Shown here: in pieces, positions 22,747 through 35,621 of the stretch
Layout of the letters: each line of letters opens with the position of its first letter
Position numbering within the stretch: position 1 is the stretch's first letter
Assembly: GCF_004010195.1 (NCBI RefSeq)
Contig: NC_057711.1
Coordinates: 74,220,870 to 74,283,824 of the forward strand
Length of the DNA: 62,955 bases
Direction of reading: 5' to 3'
Source: Chiloscyllium plagiosum
Taxonomy: Eukaryota
The notes under the pieces: generated by a model
The model's database searches: none
Seen by the model: only the letters and a program-made list of their open reading frames with translations
What the model was told of the DNA's origin: nothing
Position numbers and translations under genes: made by a program

Positions 22747-25424
22747 CCTCCTGCAAAGCAATGCTGAAAATTTATGTTTTCTATTGATATATTTGGGTTT
22801 CTTTGGACTGATGATGCCATTTCCTGTGGTGATGTTATTTCCTGTGGTGAAGTCATTTCCGGTTCCTTTTCTGAGGGGGTGGTAGATGGGGTCTAACTCA
22901 ATGTGTTTGTTGGTAGAGTTCCGGTTGGAACACCATGCATCTCGGAATTCTCGTGCGTGTCTTTGTTTGGCTTGTCCTAGGATGGATGTATTGTCCCAGT
23001 CGAAATGGTGTTCTTCCTCATCCGCATGTGAGGATACTAGTGAGAGAGGGTCATGTCTTTTTGTGGCTAGTTGGTGGTCATGTATCCTGGTGGCTAGTTT
23101 TCTGCCTGCTTGTCCAGTGTAGTGTTTGTTGCAGTCCTTGCACAGTATTTTGGAAATGACGTTAGTTTTGCTCATTGTCTCTGTAGGGTCTTTCAAGTTC
23201 ATTAGCTGCTGTTTTAGTGTGTTGGTGGGTTTGTGGGCTACCATGATGCCAAGCGGTCTGAGTAGTCTGGCAGTTATTTCCGAGATGTCTTTGATGGAGG
23301 GGAGAGTGGCTAGGGATTCTGGACGTGTTTTGTCTGCTTGTTTGGGTTTGTTGATGAGAAATTGGTGGACTGTGTTCATTGGGTACCCATTCATTTTGAA
23401 TACACAGGATAGGTGATTTTCCTCTGCTCTGTGTAGTTCCTCTGTGCTGCAGTGTGTGTTGGCTCATTGAAATAATGTTCGGATGCAGCTTCATTTGTGG
23501 GTGTTGGGATGATTGCTTCTGTAGTTTAATATTTGGTCTGTGTGTGCTGTTTTTCTGTAGACGCTGGTTTGACGTTCCCCATTGGCTGTTTGCTCCACTG
23601 TGACATCTAGGAATTGCAGTTTGTTGTTGTTTTCCTCCTCTTTAATGAGTTTTATGTCAGTAAGGATATTATAGATGGTCTTGAAGGTTTCCTTTAACTT
23701 GTTTCATTTAGTGATGACAAAGATGTCATCCTTGTAGCGGACTCGGAGTTTGGGTTGGATGGTTGGCAGAGCTGTTTGCTCAAGGCTCTGCATTACTGCC
23801 TCTGCTAAGAACCCTGGTATCGGAGATCCCATGGCTGTTCCATTGCTTCGTCTGTAAGTTTTGTTGTTGCAAGTGAAGTGGGTGGTAAGGCATAGGTCCA
23901 CTGGCTTGATGCTATTCTCCCTTTTGATGAAGTTAGTTGCGTTTGGTGTATGTGCCTTTGGGTCTTCTAATAGTGTAGTCAGTGTTTCCTTGGCTAGGTT
24001 GATGTTGATTGAAGTAAACAGGGCTGTTACATCAAAAGAGAAAACTTGTTTCATCCTCTTCTATCTTAGTGTCTTTGATGGCCTTCAGGAATTCTTGGGT
24101 GGAGTGGATGGAGGTGCGTGAGCCTCCTACTGAGTGCTTTAGTCTTTGGTGTAGCTCCTTGGCCAATCTGTAAGTGGGTGTTCCAGACAGCGAGACTATG
24201 GGTCTGAGGGGAACTCCTGGTTTGTGAATTTTGGGTAATCCGTAGAAGTGTGGTGTGTTGGATACAGCTGGTTTCATTTTTTGGAAGTCGGTCTTATTTA
24301 TTTGTCCAGATTTCCGGCCTTTTTTTGAGTAGGCTGTGATTTGGTTCTCTAGTTGTGGGGTTAGGTCTATTGCCACTTGTTGGTAAGTGTTGGTATCTGT
24401 AAGTAGTGCGTTTGCTTTTTCAATGTAGTCTCTTCAATTTAGAATGACTGTCAAGCGTCCTTTGTCTGCAGGTAGGATAACAATGCTTTTATCTTTTTTT
24501 AGTCTTTCCAGTGCTTTCCTTTCTTGTGTATTGAGTGTGTTTCCCTCCTTTTTTCTGCTTAATGTTGTTGCGACTACCTGCCTGATGGTTTGTTGGGTTT
24601 CTTCTGTGAATTGGTTGTCTTTTAGTGTTGTTTCTAATGCTGCTAAGAAATCTTTCTTGTCTGCATCCTGGGGGTGGTAACATAATTCTCTAACTAAGAT
24701 AGCTTTTTCAGTGTCTGTTAAGGGTCGGTCAGATAAATTTTTTATCTATGCTTCTGTGTTGTCATTGTTGTTCCTTTGTGTCAGTTTGTCTAGTTTTTTT
24801 CTGCAGGTCTAGTTTTTTTGTGCAGGTCTAGTTTTTTCATTTTCTGTGTTTGTCATTGTCTAATATCTATGGCTTGTTGTACTATGTCTGTCGATTCATG
24901 ATCTGTTGCATGACCGAGTAAAGATTTTTGATGCAAAATGTCCCGGCTGTATTTATGGAGTATGTTGTGGGCATCATTAATCATTTCTCGAAGCATTCTG
25001 CAGCCATTTTCCTCTGCTATTCTTATGGCTGGTAGGGTGTTAAGGGGAGGTTTGTATTGGAGACATTTAGGTAGTACCTGTTTCCTTAGGCATTCGTGCA
25101 GGAAGTACCACTGTTCGCAGGTGGCACTCTGTCACATGGCATTCGTTTCCCATTTTCGGGCCAGTTTTAGTGTTTTGTGCCCATAGGTCTTAGCGAGTTT
25201 GGAAAAGATTTGTAGCTCAGGTTGAGGTTGAGGCGTGACATTCCAACCAGAACTCTATCAACAAACACATTGAGTTATACCCCATTTACCACCCCCTGAG
25301 AAAAGGAACAGGAAGTGACTTCACCACAGGAAATAACATCACCACAGGAAATGACATCACTGACCCAAAGAAACTCAAACGTATAAATAGAAAACAGGAA
25401 TTTTCAGCATCGCTGCGCATGAGG

Positions 25425-25466
25425 TCCACTGAAGATGTTATCTCGTAAGGTAATGAAACATCTGGA
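25425..25466 (+). ncRNA. Hammerhead motif in the inverted Penelope pLTR
   Basis: TCCA-CTGAAGA-T-GTTATCT CGTA AGGTAAT-GAAA-CATC-TGGA. Core boxes are intact; stem III is CATC instead of CGTC. Confidence 0.65.
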
Positions 25467-26169
25467 AATGAACCTTTCAGTTCAATGAACAAACCTACAT
25501 CCAGAAGATTATTGTAGAAAAGTGAATGTTTCAGATAGTGGATGTGTTAATGATTGAGCAGTTTACTTCTTTTTCCTGAATTATAGTGGTCTTCTTGAGT
25601 GTAATTGATGTTGCATTCATCCAGACAAAAGAACAGTATTGCATCACAAATTATGGCAGATTTATGGCTTTGAAATTGTATATAGTCTTTGGGGAGTCGG
25701 GGGATCTTTTGCCACTCTTTTATTACTGTTGTCTTAATGGAAGACTTTGGGATTTATGTTTATGTTCGCTGCCAGTCTTTTTCATAATACATCTTTGCTT
25801 CTCTTATTGATTTTAACATCTCCCTTCTGAACCGTTTGTATTCAGCTTGGTTCTCAATTGTACTTACCACTAGTACAAGCACACCTTTACTTCTTAAGTT
25901 TAATTTCTATCTCCTTTTTCATCCTGAGAGCTCTGGATTTGTTTATCCTACCTTTCTCTTTTGAGGGAATATACCTCAAATGTGCCTGAACCATCTCCTC
26001 TTTGAAGGTAGCCCACTATTCAGCTATTTATTCTCCCACTAACATTTAGTTCCAGTCCAGCCAGCCCAGTTCCTTCTCTGTTGGAGGTGAGTTGCAGCTA
26101 TTACATTGGATTGACCCAAGTTTTTTCCAGCATCATCTTTTTTTTTATGAAGCAGATGCTGCCCAGGTC

Positions 26170-27712
26170 ATGGTGACAGATGAAGAAACTCAATCACTAG
26201 GTTTAAAAAAGTTGATAATCAGAAAGTATTAGATAACCATTTCTTCCAAAAGCTGGTAAAGCACTGGTATCAGATGAGAAGCAGCAAAGGACAGTAAAGG
26301 AAGCGAGAGTGGAAACTGCAAAGGTAGTAATAATTATCTTTCAAGCATCCCTGGAAGACTAGGGAATTGTTATTGTTATGCTCTTGTTCAGAAAAGATTG
26401 TGAGATTAAGTGCAGCGTTACAGACCTGTCAGTATAACTTCAGTGCTGGGGAAGTTTCTAGAAACAACAGTCAAGGTGAAGTTAATAATGGAAAAACATG
26501 TTAAGTTGGAAGAATCATGTCTAACTAACTAGTTGGAGATGTTTTGAAGAGGTAACAGAGAGTGTTTATGAGGGTAAGGCTGTTGATGTGGGATACAGTG
26601 ATTTCCAAAGGTTATTCGATACAATGCCATACACAGACGTCTGTGAATATAATAGGTTGCTGAATAAAAGGGACAGTAGCAAGAGGGATACAAAATTTGT
26701 CGAGTGATATGAAACAGAGAGTAATGGTTAGTGCATATTTTTCAGGGTGGTGGAAGAATTGTAATGGGGATCCCCAGAGTCGGCACTGGGATCTTTGCTT
26801 TTGCTGATATATATTAGAGAACTAGATCTTAGTGTTCATGGGTCAATTTCATAGTTTGCAAATAGCACCAAGCATGGAACAATTGTAAGATGTGAGGAGG
26901 ATATTTCAGACTTCAAAAAGGCATTGATAAGTTAATACTGTGACAAATAAAAGAAGTTCAATTCTGAAAAGCCTGATGTGAAACACTTTGGTAAAAAGAA
27001 CATGGAGAGATGCTATAAAATAAAGGGTACTATTCTAAAGGGAGTCCAATAGCAGAAGGACCTGGACGTATATGTGGATAAGTCATTGGCAGGACAGGGA
27101 GAGAAAACTGTTAATAAAGTAGACAGTATTCTTGGTTTCACTGTAGAGTCATAAGTGCAAAAGCAGGGAGTTTGATGCCGAACCTATACAGCACAATGGT
27201 TCGACCTCAACTGGAGAATATATAGTTCTGGGTGCCACACTTTAAGAGGGATGCTTATGCATTGGAAAGAGTGCAGAAGAGGTTTATGAGAATGATTCCA
27301 AAGATAACCAACCTTCAGTTATGAAGAATTATTGGAAACGTTGGGACTGTTTTCCTTGGAGAGGAGAAGATGAGGAAGATTTGATAAGTTTTCAGAAGAA
27401 TGAGCAATCTGGACAGAATACATAACTGGTTCTACTCAGAAACAGATCAAGAATCAGAGGGAATAGCTCACAGTATTTTGCAAAAGAAGCAGTGTGAAGC
27501 AAAGCCCAATAGTTTGAGTTTAGACCACTCTCCAGAAGTGTCGTGGAGGCAGGTTCAACTGAGCCATTCATGAGAGCTTTGGATAATTGTTTAAATAGAA
27601 ACAATGTGCAGGAGCTATGGAAAGAGCAGGAGTTTGGCACTAAGTCAGAATGCTCAGAGAGTTGTGCAGACACAAGAGTCTGATTGGTCTTCTGCACCAT
27701 TCTATGATTTTT
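26170..27712 (+). mobile_element. Old CR1 LINE (RT to 3' UTR)
   Basis: Degenerate SCLTN, FEEVT, GIPQS.LG, VRPQLE, ALERVQKRFMRMIP, and a CR1 3' UTR. Confidence 0.75.
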
Positions 27713-27714
27713 CT

Positions 27715-28530
27715 GAATTGGGAAACCACTTATTTTTAAACTTTTTCCAAACTGCCTTCAAATCACTTACATCCTTCCATAAGTAAGCAGACTAACACTG
27801 TACATAGTATCCAGATGTGATCTTAGTAATGCCTAGTAAAACTGAAGTATAACCTCCTTACATTTGTATTTAGTTCCCCTCACGATAAATGATTATTTTT
27901 CTAGTGGCTTTCCTAGTTACTTGCTGTACCCAAGCAAAGGCTTTTTGTGGTTCATGACCTGAAACACTTATATCCCTCTCTATCTGAGGACTCTCTAACC
28001 TCTCACTGTTTAGATAATATGCTTCTTTCCATCCTTTCTGCCAAAATGGAACACATAATTTACTTTCCTACTTCTCTTTGTGTCACCAGCAAGTGTGGCA
28101 ACCATATCTTCTATTCCTTCATCAAAGTCATATGTAGAAACTGTAAAAAGTACTGTAAGACTCATTTATGCCTACTCTATTTCCTGTTAATAGTCAATCT
28201 TCTGTGCATACTAAAATGCAACACTCTACACCGCACTTTATTTTCAATAACCTTTGTGATGTATTAATAAATGTGTTCTGAAAATGAGAGTTTGGTACAT
28301 CCATCAGTTCCTGTTTATTCACAGTACACGTTACAAATCATGTTGACTCTTCCTTACTATCTTGAAATTTTCTAGGTGACCTGCTATCACATCTAATAAG
28401 AGCTTCTAATATCATCCCTATGACAGACATAAAGCTAACTCGCCTGTAGTTTCCTGTCTCCTCTTTCTGAATAAAGGCACTACATTCTCTATTGTCCAAG
28501 GAAATGGAACTTTCCTTAAGTCTTGAAAAT
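27715..28530 (-). mobile_element. Old CR1 LINE fragment
   Basis: Reverse-strand RT remnants (ALLRSHLDT, YRRVSF) similar to other minus-strand CR1 copies in the window. Confidence 0.55.
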
Positions 28531-28979
28531 TATGCTTCCAACAATTTGCTTAGTACAACTTCCCTAGTGATTGTACATAAATACGATTAATGACAGCAAA
28601 CCCCGGAGTGGCTCGTTAAAAGGCTGTCTTCAGAGGACTTACTGAAACAATTCCACTTCCCACTTGAGTTCTGACCTCAGACCCAAAACCAGTCCCACCC
28701 ATTCATTCCTCTGTTCCCATCTTAGACATTAATTGATTTATTGATTTTCACAAGGTTTTTTTAAAATTTTTGCTTCTGATTTCAAAGTTTTCAGTTAATT
28801 ATATATTTCTTTGAATTGACTCCTACTGACCTAATGTATATTTGCGTAATGGTACACTCTGAGATGTCACAATGGCTTCTGCTTGTGCCACGTCTCATTG
28901 GAGCTGTGCTGTGGCATCCAAACCCAATTATTCCCAGAGTCATCACAAAAGTTAAAGATTTTCTAAAATTTATTTGCAA

Positions 28980-29449
28980 ACATGTTGCCAGGGTTGGAGG
29001 ATTTGAGCTATAGGGAGAGGCTGAACAGGCTGGGGCTGTTTTCCCTGGAGCGTCGGAGGCTGAGGGGTGACCTTATAGAGCTTTACAAAATTATGAGGGG
29101 CATGGATAGGATAAATAGACAAAGTATTTTCCCTGGGGTCGGAGAGTCCAGAACTAGAAGGCATAGGTTTAGGTTGAGAGGGGAAAGATATAAAAGAGAC
29201 CTAAGGGGCAACTTTTTCACGCAGAGGGTGGTAGGTGTATGGAATGAGCTGCCAGAGGAAATGGTGGAGGCTGGTACAATTGCAACATTTAAGAGGCATT
29301 TGGATGGGTATATGAAAAGGAAGGGTTTGGAGGGATATGGGCCGGGTGCTGGCAGGTGGGACTGGATTGGGTTGGGACATCTGGTCGGCATGGACAGGTT
29401 GGACCAAATGGTCTGTTTCAGTGCTGTACATCTCTATGACTCTATGACT
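28980..29449 (+). mobile_element. Young 5'-truncated CR1 (HER1-like) 3' end
   Basis: ORF 28982-29470 MLPGLEDLSYRERLNRLGLFSLERRRLRGDLIE...FFTQRVVGVWNELPE, with a (CTCTATGA)n tail. Confidence 0.95.
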
Positions 29450-29954
29450 TGTCTTTTAGATACATGTTAAAATAAATCATGGTCCAGATTTCTGTACTCA
29501 GCAAGAATTACAATTAACTACAAATAAATAGATTCTTATGCCATGGAAATGACTATAAATTGTCAACATGCAACCAAACTGGTTAGAACTCTATCCCCCT
29601 TATAAAACCCCCTTTACACACATACAGCTAGAAATAGACAAGCATAAAATAAACATTAGTATTATAAGTGGAGGAGAAAACTGGGAGGGCTGCTTAATGA
29701 TCACCGAGCACAGGGTTTATTGAGATTATCCCTTTGTCTTGTCAAGACTTGCTCTTTGGTGATCTCTCTCTTTTCTGGGTATGTTCATTTGCTTGCAGGA
29801 ATTAGAAAGTTCTGACGTATTGGTTACTTTTTCAGTCATTAGGTGTTCTTTCTTACAGCAGAGACAATGACAATACCTCACTTTCCACACAATTGAAGGT
29901 GTCTGGCTATTGTGTTCAAAACCACAAGGTAATTCCTCTGTTCTTCAAAAGAGT

Positions 29955-30130
29955 GCCCTGGAAAGGCAGATGGCACCTTAATTTAAAATCTCCCTGAAAG
30001 TTGGTGCAACTGACAATGCAGTGGTCCCTCAGTCCTGCATTGGAGTGTCAGTTTTGTGTTTTGGTCTTAAGTTCTGGATTTGAACTTTGTGATTCAGATG
30101 CAAATGTGCCACCAGCTAAAGCATCGCTGA
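29955..30130 (-). mobile_element. Deu-domain SINE (SacSINE1/AmnSINE-like) remnant
   Basis: TTTAAAATCTCCCTGAAAG..GCA.CTGACAATGCAG..TCCCTCAGTCCTGCATTGGAGTGTCAG resembles the reverse complement of the Deu domain, followed by a tRNA-head remnant. A second fragment lies at ~30820-30890. Confidence 0.6.
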
Positions 30131-31450
30131 TATAGGGAGAGGGCTGCATTTTAAAAGATCATCTCATCATAATAGTGTAGCTAAATCAACTCTTCAGCGG
30201 ACCATGACTGGCACCCATGCCATATGCTCATGCAATGCCACGACTGCCAACATGTGTTTAGGTAGAATGCAGCAATCGTCCCCTTTCCTAAATTCATCCA
30301 CAGAGCCTACATGGTTTACAGTAGTGGATTTAAAACACTAGGTAATATAAGGGAAGAGGTTCTTGTCTGTATAATTTGATGCATGATTGTATTCAAACAG
30401 AAGTTACACTTGTAAGATAGACATGCTACAAAGAACTTTGAAGAGGCCAATTAGTAGGTTTGTCTTCCTCTATATCTTCTTGTTATGCCCAAACCAAGTC
30501 TCGGTAATATTAACAGACTAGGTGGAGTTTAATGTAGCCTTCAACTTTAACTCTTTCAGAGACATTACCTTATGCGTCAATGCTAATGGCAAAATGATGT
30601 TAGGATAAATCCTAAGTGGCTTATTGATCAGCCCAATGAGATGTTCAGCTCAAAGAGGAGACAGATTTGGACTTCAGAATAACAATAGTGGGTCTACAGA
30701 ATAATTATGCAACTTGCAATCCAGACCTGATGGAGCATGTTGCTTTCTGTATTTAGATGATACACTGGGGACAATGGTTGTCGTTGAAGTGATTAACCAA
30801 ACTGTCCAAGCAACCACAACACTAGCATCTCTGACAGTACAGCTACCCCGCAGTATTGCATTATGGTATTGGCCTTGATTTTTGAGAGGTACAATTCTGA
30901 ATTAGCAATTTAAGTAATACAATAGTTGAGGGACACAGATCTTATTTACTTTTAGGATTGCATGAGTTCACATAAGAAATTGATCAAACACTGTACATTC
31001 AATGCCTTTGTGGTGAGATTTGGATTGACTTCATTTAGGATCTTCCATATTACATAGGTAACATCAAGGACAACTTTTACATGGGAGAATCCAGTCAATC
31101 AATAAAATTCCAGTGCTCAGTACATCTGCACCAAAATAATCATGGTGCTTCTTTGGGCAAAAACTTGTCAAAATCACTATAGTAAATGGTCTACTAAGCT
31201 AGGCTTCTACATCTTTTCAACGTGTATTGTTTCACAGTAGGGAGGTCATAGAGTCGTAGAGTGGTCCAGTGTGGAAACAGACCCTTCAGTCCAAGTCGTC
31301 CACGCCGACCAGATATCCTAAATTAATCGAGTCCGATTTGCCAACATTTGGCCAATAATTCTCTAAACCCTTCCTATTCATATACCCATTCAGATGTCTT
31401 TAAATGCTATAATCGTTGTGGTTCTGTTCGCCAAGCTGGGAATTTGTGTT

Positions 31451-31490
31451 GCAGATGTTTCGTCCCCTGTCTAGGTGGCATCCTCAGTGC
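31451..31490 (-). ncRNA. Hammerhead motif in the Penelope pLTR
   Basis: GCA-CTGAGGA-T-GCCACCT AGAC AGGGGAC-GAAA-CATC-TGC. Confidence 0.6.
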
Positions 31491-32131
31491 TTGGGAGCCT
31501 CCTATGAAGTGCTTCTGTGATGTTTCCTCCAGCATTTATAGTGGCTTGTCTCTGCCATTTCTGGTTGTCTGTTCCAGCTGTCCGCTGCAGTGACCGGTAT
31601 ATTGGGTCCAGGTCAATGTGTTTGTTGATAGAATCTGTGGATGAGTGCCATGCTTCTAGGAATTCCCTGGCTGTTCTCTGTTTGGCTTCCCCATAATAGT
31701 AGTGTTGTACCAGTCGAACTCATGTTGCTTGTCATCCACGTGTGAGGCTACTAAGGATAGCTGGTCATGTCGTTTTGTGGCTAGTTGGTGTTCATGGATG
31801 CGGATCGTTATCTGTCTTCCTGTTTGTCCTATGTAGTGTTTTGTGCAGTCCTTGCATGGGATTTTGTACACTACATTGGTTTTGCTCATGCTGGGTATTG
31901 GGTCCTTTGTCCTGGTGAGCTGTTGTCTGAGAGTGGCTGTTGGTTTGTGTGCTGTTATGAGTCCTAGTGGTCGTAGTAGTCTGGCTGTCAGTTCAGAAAT
32001 GTTCTTGATGTATGGTAACGTGGCTAGTCCTTTGGGTTGTGGCATGTCCTCATTCTGTTGTCCTTCCCTTCGGCATCTGTTGATGAAATTGCGGGGGTAT
32101 CCATTTTTGGCGAATACATTGTAGAGATGTT

Positions 32132-32457
32132 AGATTAGATTAGATTACTTACAGTGTGGAAACAGGCCCTTCGGCCCAACAAGTCCACACCGACCCGCCG
32201 AAGCGCTAACACACCCATACCCCTACAACCCACCCATACTCGTTCACCTAACGCTATGGGCAATTTAACATGGCCAATTCACCTGACTTGCACATCTTTG
32301 GACTGTGGGAGGAAACCGGAGCACCCGGAGGAAACCCATGCAGACACGGGGAGAATGTGCAAACTCCACACAGTCAGTCACCTGAGGCGGGAATTGAACC
32401 CTGGTCTCTTGTGCTGTGAGGCAGCAGTGCTAACCTCTATGCCACCATGCCGTCCAC
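32132..32457 (-). mobile_element. HE1-like SINE nested in the Penelope
   Basis: Full head, V-core and (TCTAA)n tail. TSD ATGTT at 32127-31 and 32458-62. Confidence 0.93.
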
Positions 32458-34540
32458 ATGTTCTTCTTCCTCTTTTTGCAGTTCTGGTGTGCTGCAGTGT
32501 GTTGTGGCCCTTTTGAACAGTGTCTTGATGCAACTTCTTTTGTGTGTGTTGGGGTGGTTGCTTTCATAGTTCAGGACTTGGTCTGTGTGTGTGGCTTTCA
32601 TGTATACCTTTGTGGTGAATTCTCCGTACAGTGTTCTCTGTACCATCACGTCCGTTCGGTGTTCTCTGTACCACCACGTCTAGGAATGGGAGTTGGTTGT
32701 CCTTTTCTTCCTCTCTAGTTAATCTGATTTTTGTGAGTGTGGTGTTGATGATCCGGTGTGTGTTTTCTATTTCTGTGTTTTTAATGATTACAAAGGTGTC
32801 ATCTACATATCTGACCCAGAGTTTGGGTTGAATTTGCGATAAGACTGTTTGTTCTAATCTTTGCATTACCACTTCTGCTATGAGTCCAGAGATGGGTGAG
32901 CCCATCGTACCAGCCTCCATCCTTTCCTCTGGCAGTTCACCCCATATATGTACCACCTTCTGCGTGAAAAAGTTGCCCCCTCTCCCCAATCTTTCCCCTC
33001 TCACCCCAAACCCATCTCCTTCAGTTTTGGACTCATGCCCCCTTCCCCAAAACCTAGGGAAAAGACCCTTACCATTCACCCCATGCATGTCCCGATGATT
33101 CTACAGATCTCCCTTAGGTCGCCATCCAACCTCCAACTCTCCAAGGAAATTAGCCCCAGCCCATCCAGCCTCTCCCTATCGCTCAAATCCTGCAGCGCCA
33201 GCATGGGTTAAAACATAGTCAGCAAAGGGAACATAGAACAGTGGTTCATTTGGATTGAGGAGTAAGTGAAAGATATCACTAATGTTTCTCCTTTGCCAAC
33301 ACATTTTTTTACCCAAAATTTAGGTGGGTACGTCCAGAGAAATCAAAGCCAGTTTGTTCAAGGAATGGAATTTTTTACTTTTACAGAAGACAGGATTGTT
33401 GTTAAATAATTTTGTTAACCATTTATGAACTTACAACTATGTTCTCAGTTAATGCACAACCCATGAAAAGCAAGGGCATAAAAACTCTGTTTCCACCTTA
33501 TGGTTCTTTTTCACAAACATGCTGGTTGTGAATTATAATTTACTGGCATGCATCATTCTTAAATAATTTCCAACATGCTATTGAATACAACTGATGTTGA
33601 AGGTGAACTGATTTTGTCCCAATTTTTTCAGCTCCACCTATACACTGTATGTAGACCTATTTCACCTACACTAAACTCTTTGGAGTAATTTTGCAATAAG
33701 TTTTGCAGTAGCAGAGAACAAGCTTTGTTGTATCACTTGCCTATTATATATCTCTCCAGATTTCTATGTCCATGAAAGTGAACTTTCTTCTGAAGTTGAA
33801 TTTTTAAAACTTTTTTTCACTATTTTAATAGATCACCACCTATTACAATCCTATAGTTTAATTCTAATCTCCTGATTCAGTTATAATAGAAACTGATTGA
33901 AAATAATCAGAATTTGGGTCAAAATAACACTTTTAATTTTAAAATTATGGTAGCACTTTTGTATGGGGACTTACTACTGTGCTCATTAGTGGCCAAGGGC
34001 AGTGTTTTAATTGACATTTTAAACCCAATTGGTCACAGAGGTACAAGTAGCAATTAGGAACATGAGCACTCGCAGACCCATTCTGATTGACTTTAATATT
34101 GAATTCATTGTCCTTCAAAAGATCAACCCAAGAGCACTTAGAACTGGGTTGCAAATATCTCAGCCAGTTCATAGCCTTGAAATAATTATAATTTGTGAGA
34201 ATTCTTGTTTCATTTGACCAAATCTGATTGATATAGAGAGACTAGTTTAACTATGTATGAAAGATAAATGCAATAATAAGATGCTGGAGATTTCCAGCAG
34301 TCTTGGCAGAAGCTGTAGAGAGAGAAACTGAGTTAATATCCAGATAGGTGACCTGTTGTGAGAACTAAAAAAGTTAGATCTGTAATGGGTTTTAAGAAAA
34401 TAGAGAGAAACTGAAAGGGGAGCAATGATGGAAGGGAAGAACAGCAAGAATGGCGTGGTATGCAATGGAATGCAGGAGAGATTTAATGAATAGAAGGTGG
34501 CGGTGAAAAGCAAAAGTGTTTTGGTGACCCAAGAGGAAAT

Positions 34541-34917
34541 AGTTAAAAATCACACAGCACCAGGTTATAGTCCAACAGGTTTATTTGAAAGCACTAGCTT
34601 TCGAAGTGCTGCTCCTTCAACAGGTAGCTAGTGGGGTAGGGTCATAAGACACAGAATTTATAGGAAGCGATCACAGTGTCATGCAACTGATATGATATAT
34701 TAAGCAGCAATCTAAGTGTGTTCAATATGTCGTATCAGTTATGTGACACTGTGGTCTTTTGTTATAAATTCTGTGTCTTAAGGTCCTGCTCCACAGCTAC
34801 CTGATGAAGGAGCAGGACTTCAAAAGCTAGTACTTCCAAATAAACCTTTGGACTATAATCTGGTGTTGTGTGACTTTTAACTTTGTCCACCCCAGTCCAA
34901 CATCGGCAACCCACATC
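34541..34917. mobile_element. Fold-back PLE mini-insertion (family B): two inverted pLTR arms
   Basis: Arms at 34541-34701 and 34724-34882, a 35-nt tail to 34917, and imperfect TSD AAGAGGAAAT/AAGACAAAAT. Hammerhead motifs at ~34592-34626(-) and 34798-34832(+). Confidence 0.85.
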
Positions 34918-35073
34918 AAGACAAAATAGAAAAAGCTGTAAGAAGTGAAAAGTAAAGAAATAATGAGACAGTAAAGAAACAAAACATGGATTTTAATGGA
35001 GATGTAAATGTGAAAAGTAGAATTATCACCAACAGATACTGTTCAAAAAAATATGGAAAAGAGACTGTGATTT

Positions 35074-35392
35074 GTGGGCGGCACGGTGGCCTAGTGGTTA
35101 GCACTGCTGCCTCACAGCGCCAGAGACCCGGGTTCAATTCCCGCCTCAGGTGACTGACTGTGTGGAGTTTGCACGTTCTCCCCGTGTCTGCATGGGTTTC
35201 CTCCGGGTGCTCCGGTTTCCTCCCACAGTCCAAAGATGTGCAGGTCAGGTGAATTGGCCAGGCTAAATTGCCCGTTGTGTTAGGTAAGGGGTAAATGTAG
35301 GGGTATGGGTGGGTTGCGCTTCGGCGGGGCGGTGTGGACTTGTTGGGCCGAAGGGCCTGTTTCCATACTGTATGTAATCTAATCTAATCTAA
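35074..35392 (+). mobile_element. Full-length young HE1-like SINE
   Basis: A box TGGCCTAGTGG, B box GGTTCAATTCC (35131-41), V-core, CpGs retained, (AATCT)n tail. Confidence 0.95.
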
Positions 35393-35621
35393 AAAAGAAA
35401 TTGTGGAATTCAATGTTGAGTTCAGGAGGTGCTGAAGTACTTAATTGAAACACATAATGGTGCTCCTTGAGGTTCTGTTGAGTTCATTGGAATGTTATAG
35501 AATGCTGAGGACAGAAGTCAGGATGTAATTTGGAAAGGTTGATCAGCTGAAATGTTTGGGAGAATTAAAATGAGATCAGGCCAATTGCAAGCTTGCCTTC
35601 ATGCTTGCAGAATGAAGCCTG

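Larger units (their letters stand above)
22632..25502 (-). mobile_element. Near full-length Penelope (Poseidon-type) retroelement with inverted 5' pseudo-LTR
   Basis: Disrupted ORF from ~25215 to ~22800: N-terminal FLHECLRKQVLPK; RT FYGLPKIHKPGVPLRPIVS, SFDVTALFTSI, GTAMGSP, RYKDD; GIY-YIG NVISKILCKDCNKHYTGQ. pLTR on minus at ~22632-22950, inverted copy at ~25235-25502. TSD AGAAGATTATT at 22619-22629 and 25503-25513. Confidence 0.95.
31414..32905 (-). mobile_element. 5'-truncated Penelope element (second family), RT C-half plus GIY-YIG
   Basis: MGSPISGLIAE..., WVRYVDDTF, NVVYKIPCKDCTKHYIGQTGR. ATCGT is duplicated at 31412-16 and 32904-08. There is a 28-bp internal tandem duplication near 32631-32680. 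Confidence 0.92.
31246..33200 (-). mobile_element. CR1 3' fragment split by a Penelope (31246-31413 and 32906-33200)
   Basis: Tail (TCATAGAG)n at 31246. The sequence TTAAATGCTATAAT|CGTACCAGCCTCC rejoins across the insertion. Confidence 0.85.
34270..35620 (-). mobile_element. Old PLE 3' portion (host for two younger insertions)
   Basis: Degenerate terminal motif AGATGCTGGAG...GAGAGAAACTGAGTTAA at 34280-34340. The minus strand of 35400-35600 retains HFNSP and LNIEFHNF GIY-YIG remnants. Confidence 0.6.

Noticed and set aside
28810..29930. Solo LTR interrupted by the young CR1
   Set aside because: No convincing TG...CA termini, TSD or PBS could be located by eye.
32154..32516. Recurrent peptide DCGRKPEHPEETHADTGR (also 34916, 40609, 54968) as a gene family
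   Set aside because: It is the antisense translation of the HE1/V-SINE core.
34541..34917. Endogenised viroid or satellite RNA
   Set aside because: The arms are inverted copies of a PLE terminal repeat seen elsewhere in the window, with a TSD-like flank. A PLE origin explains it more simply.
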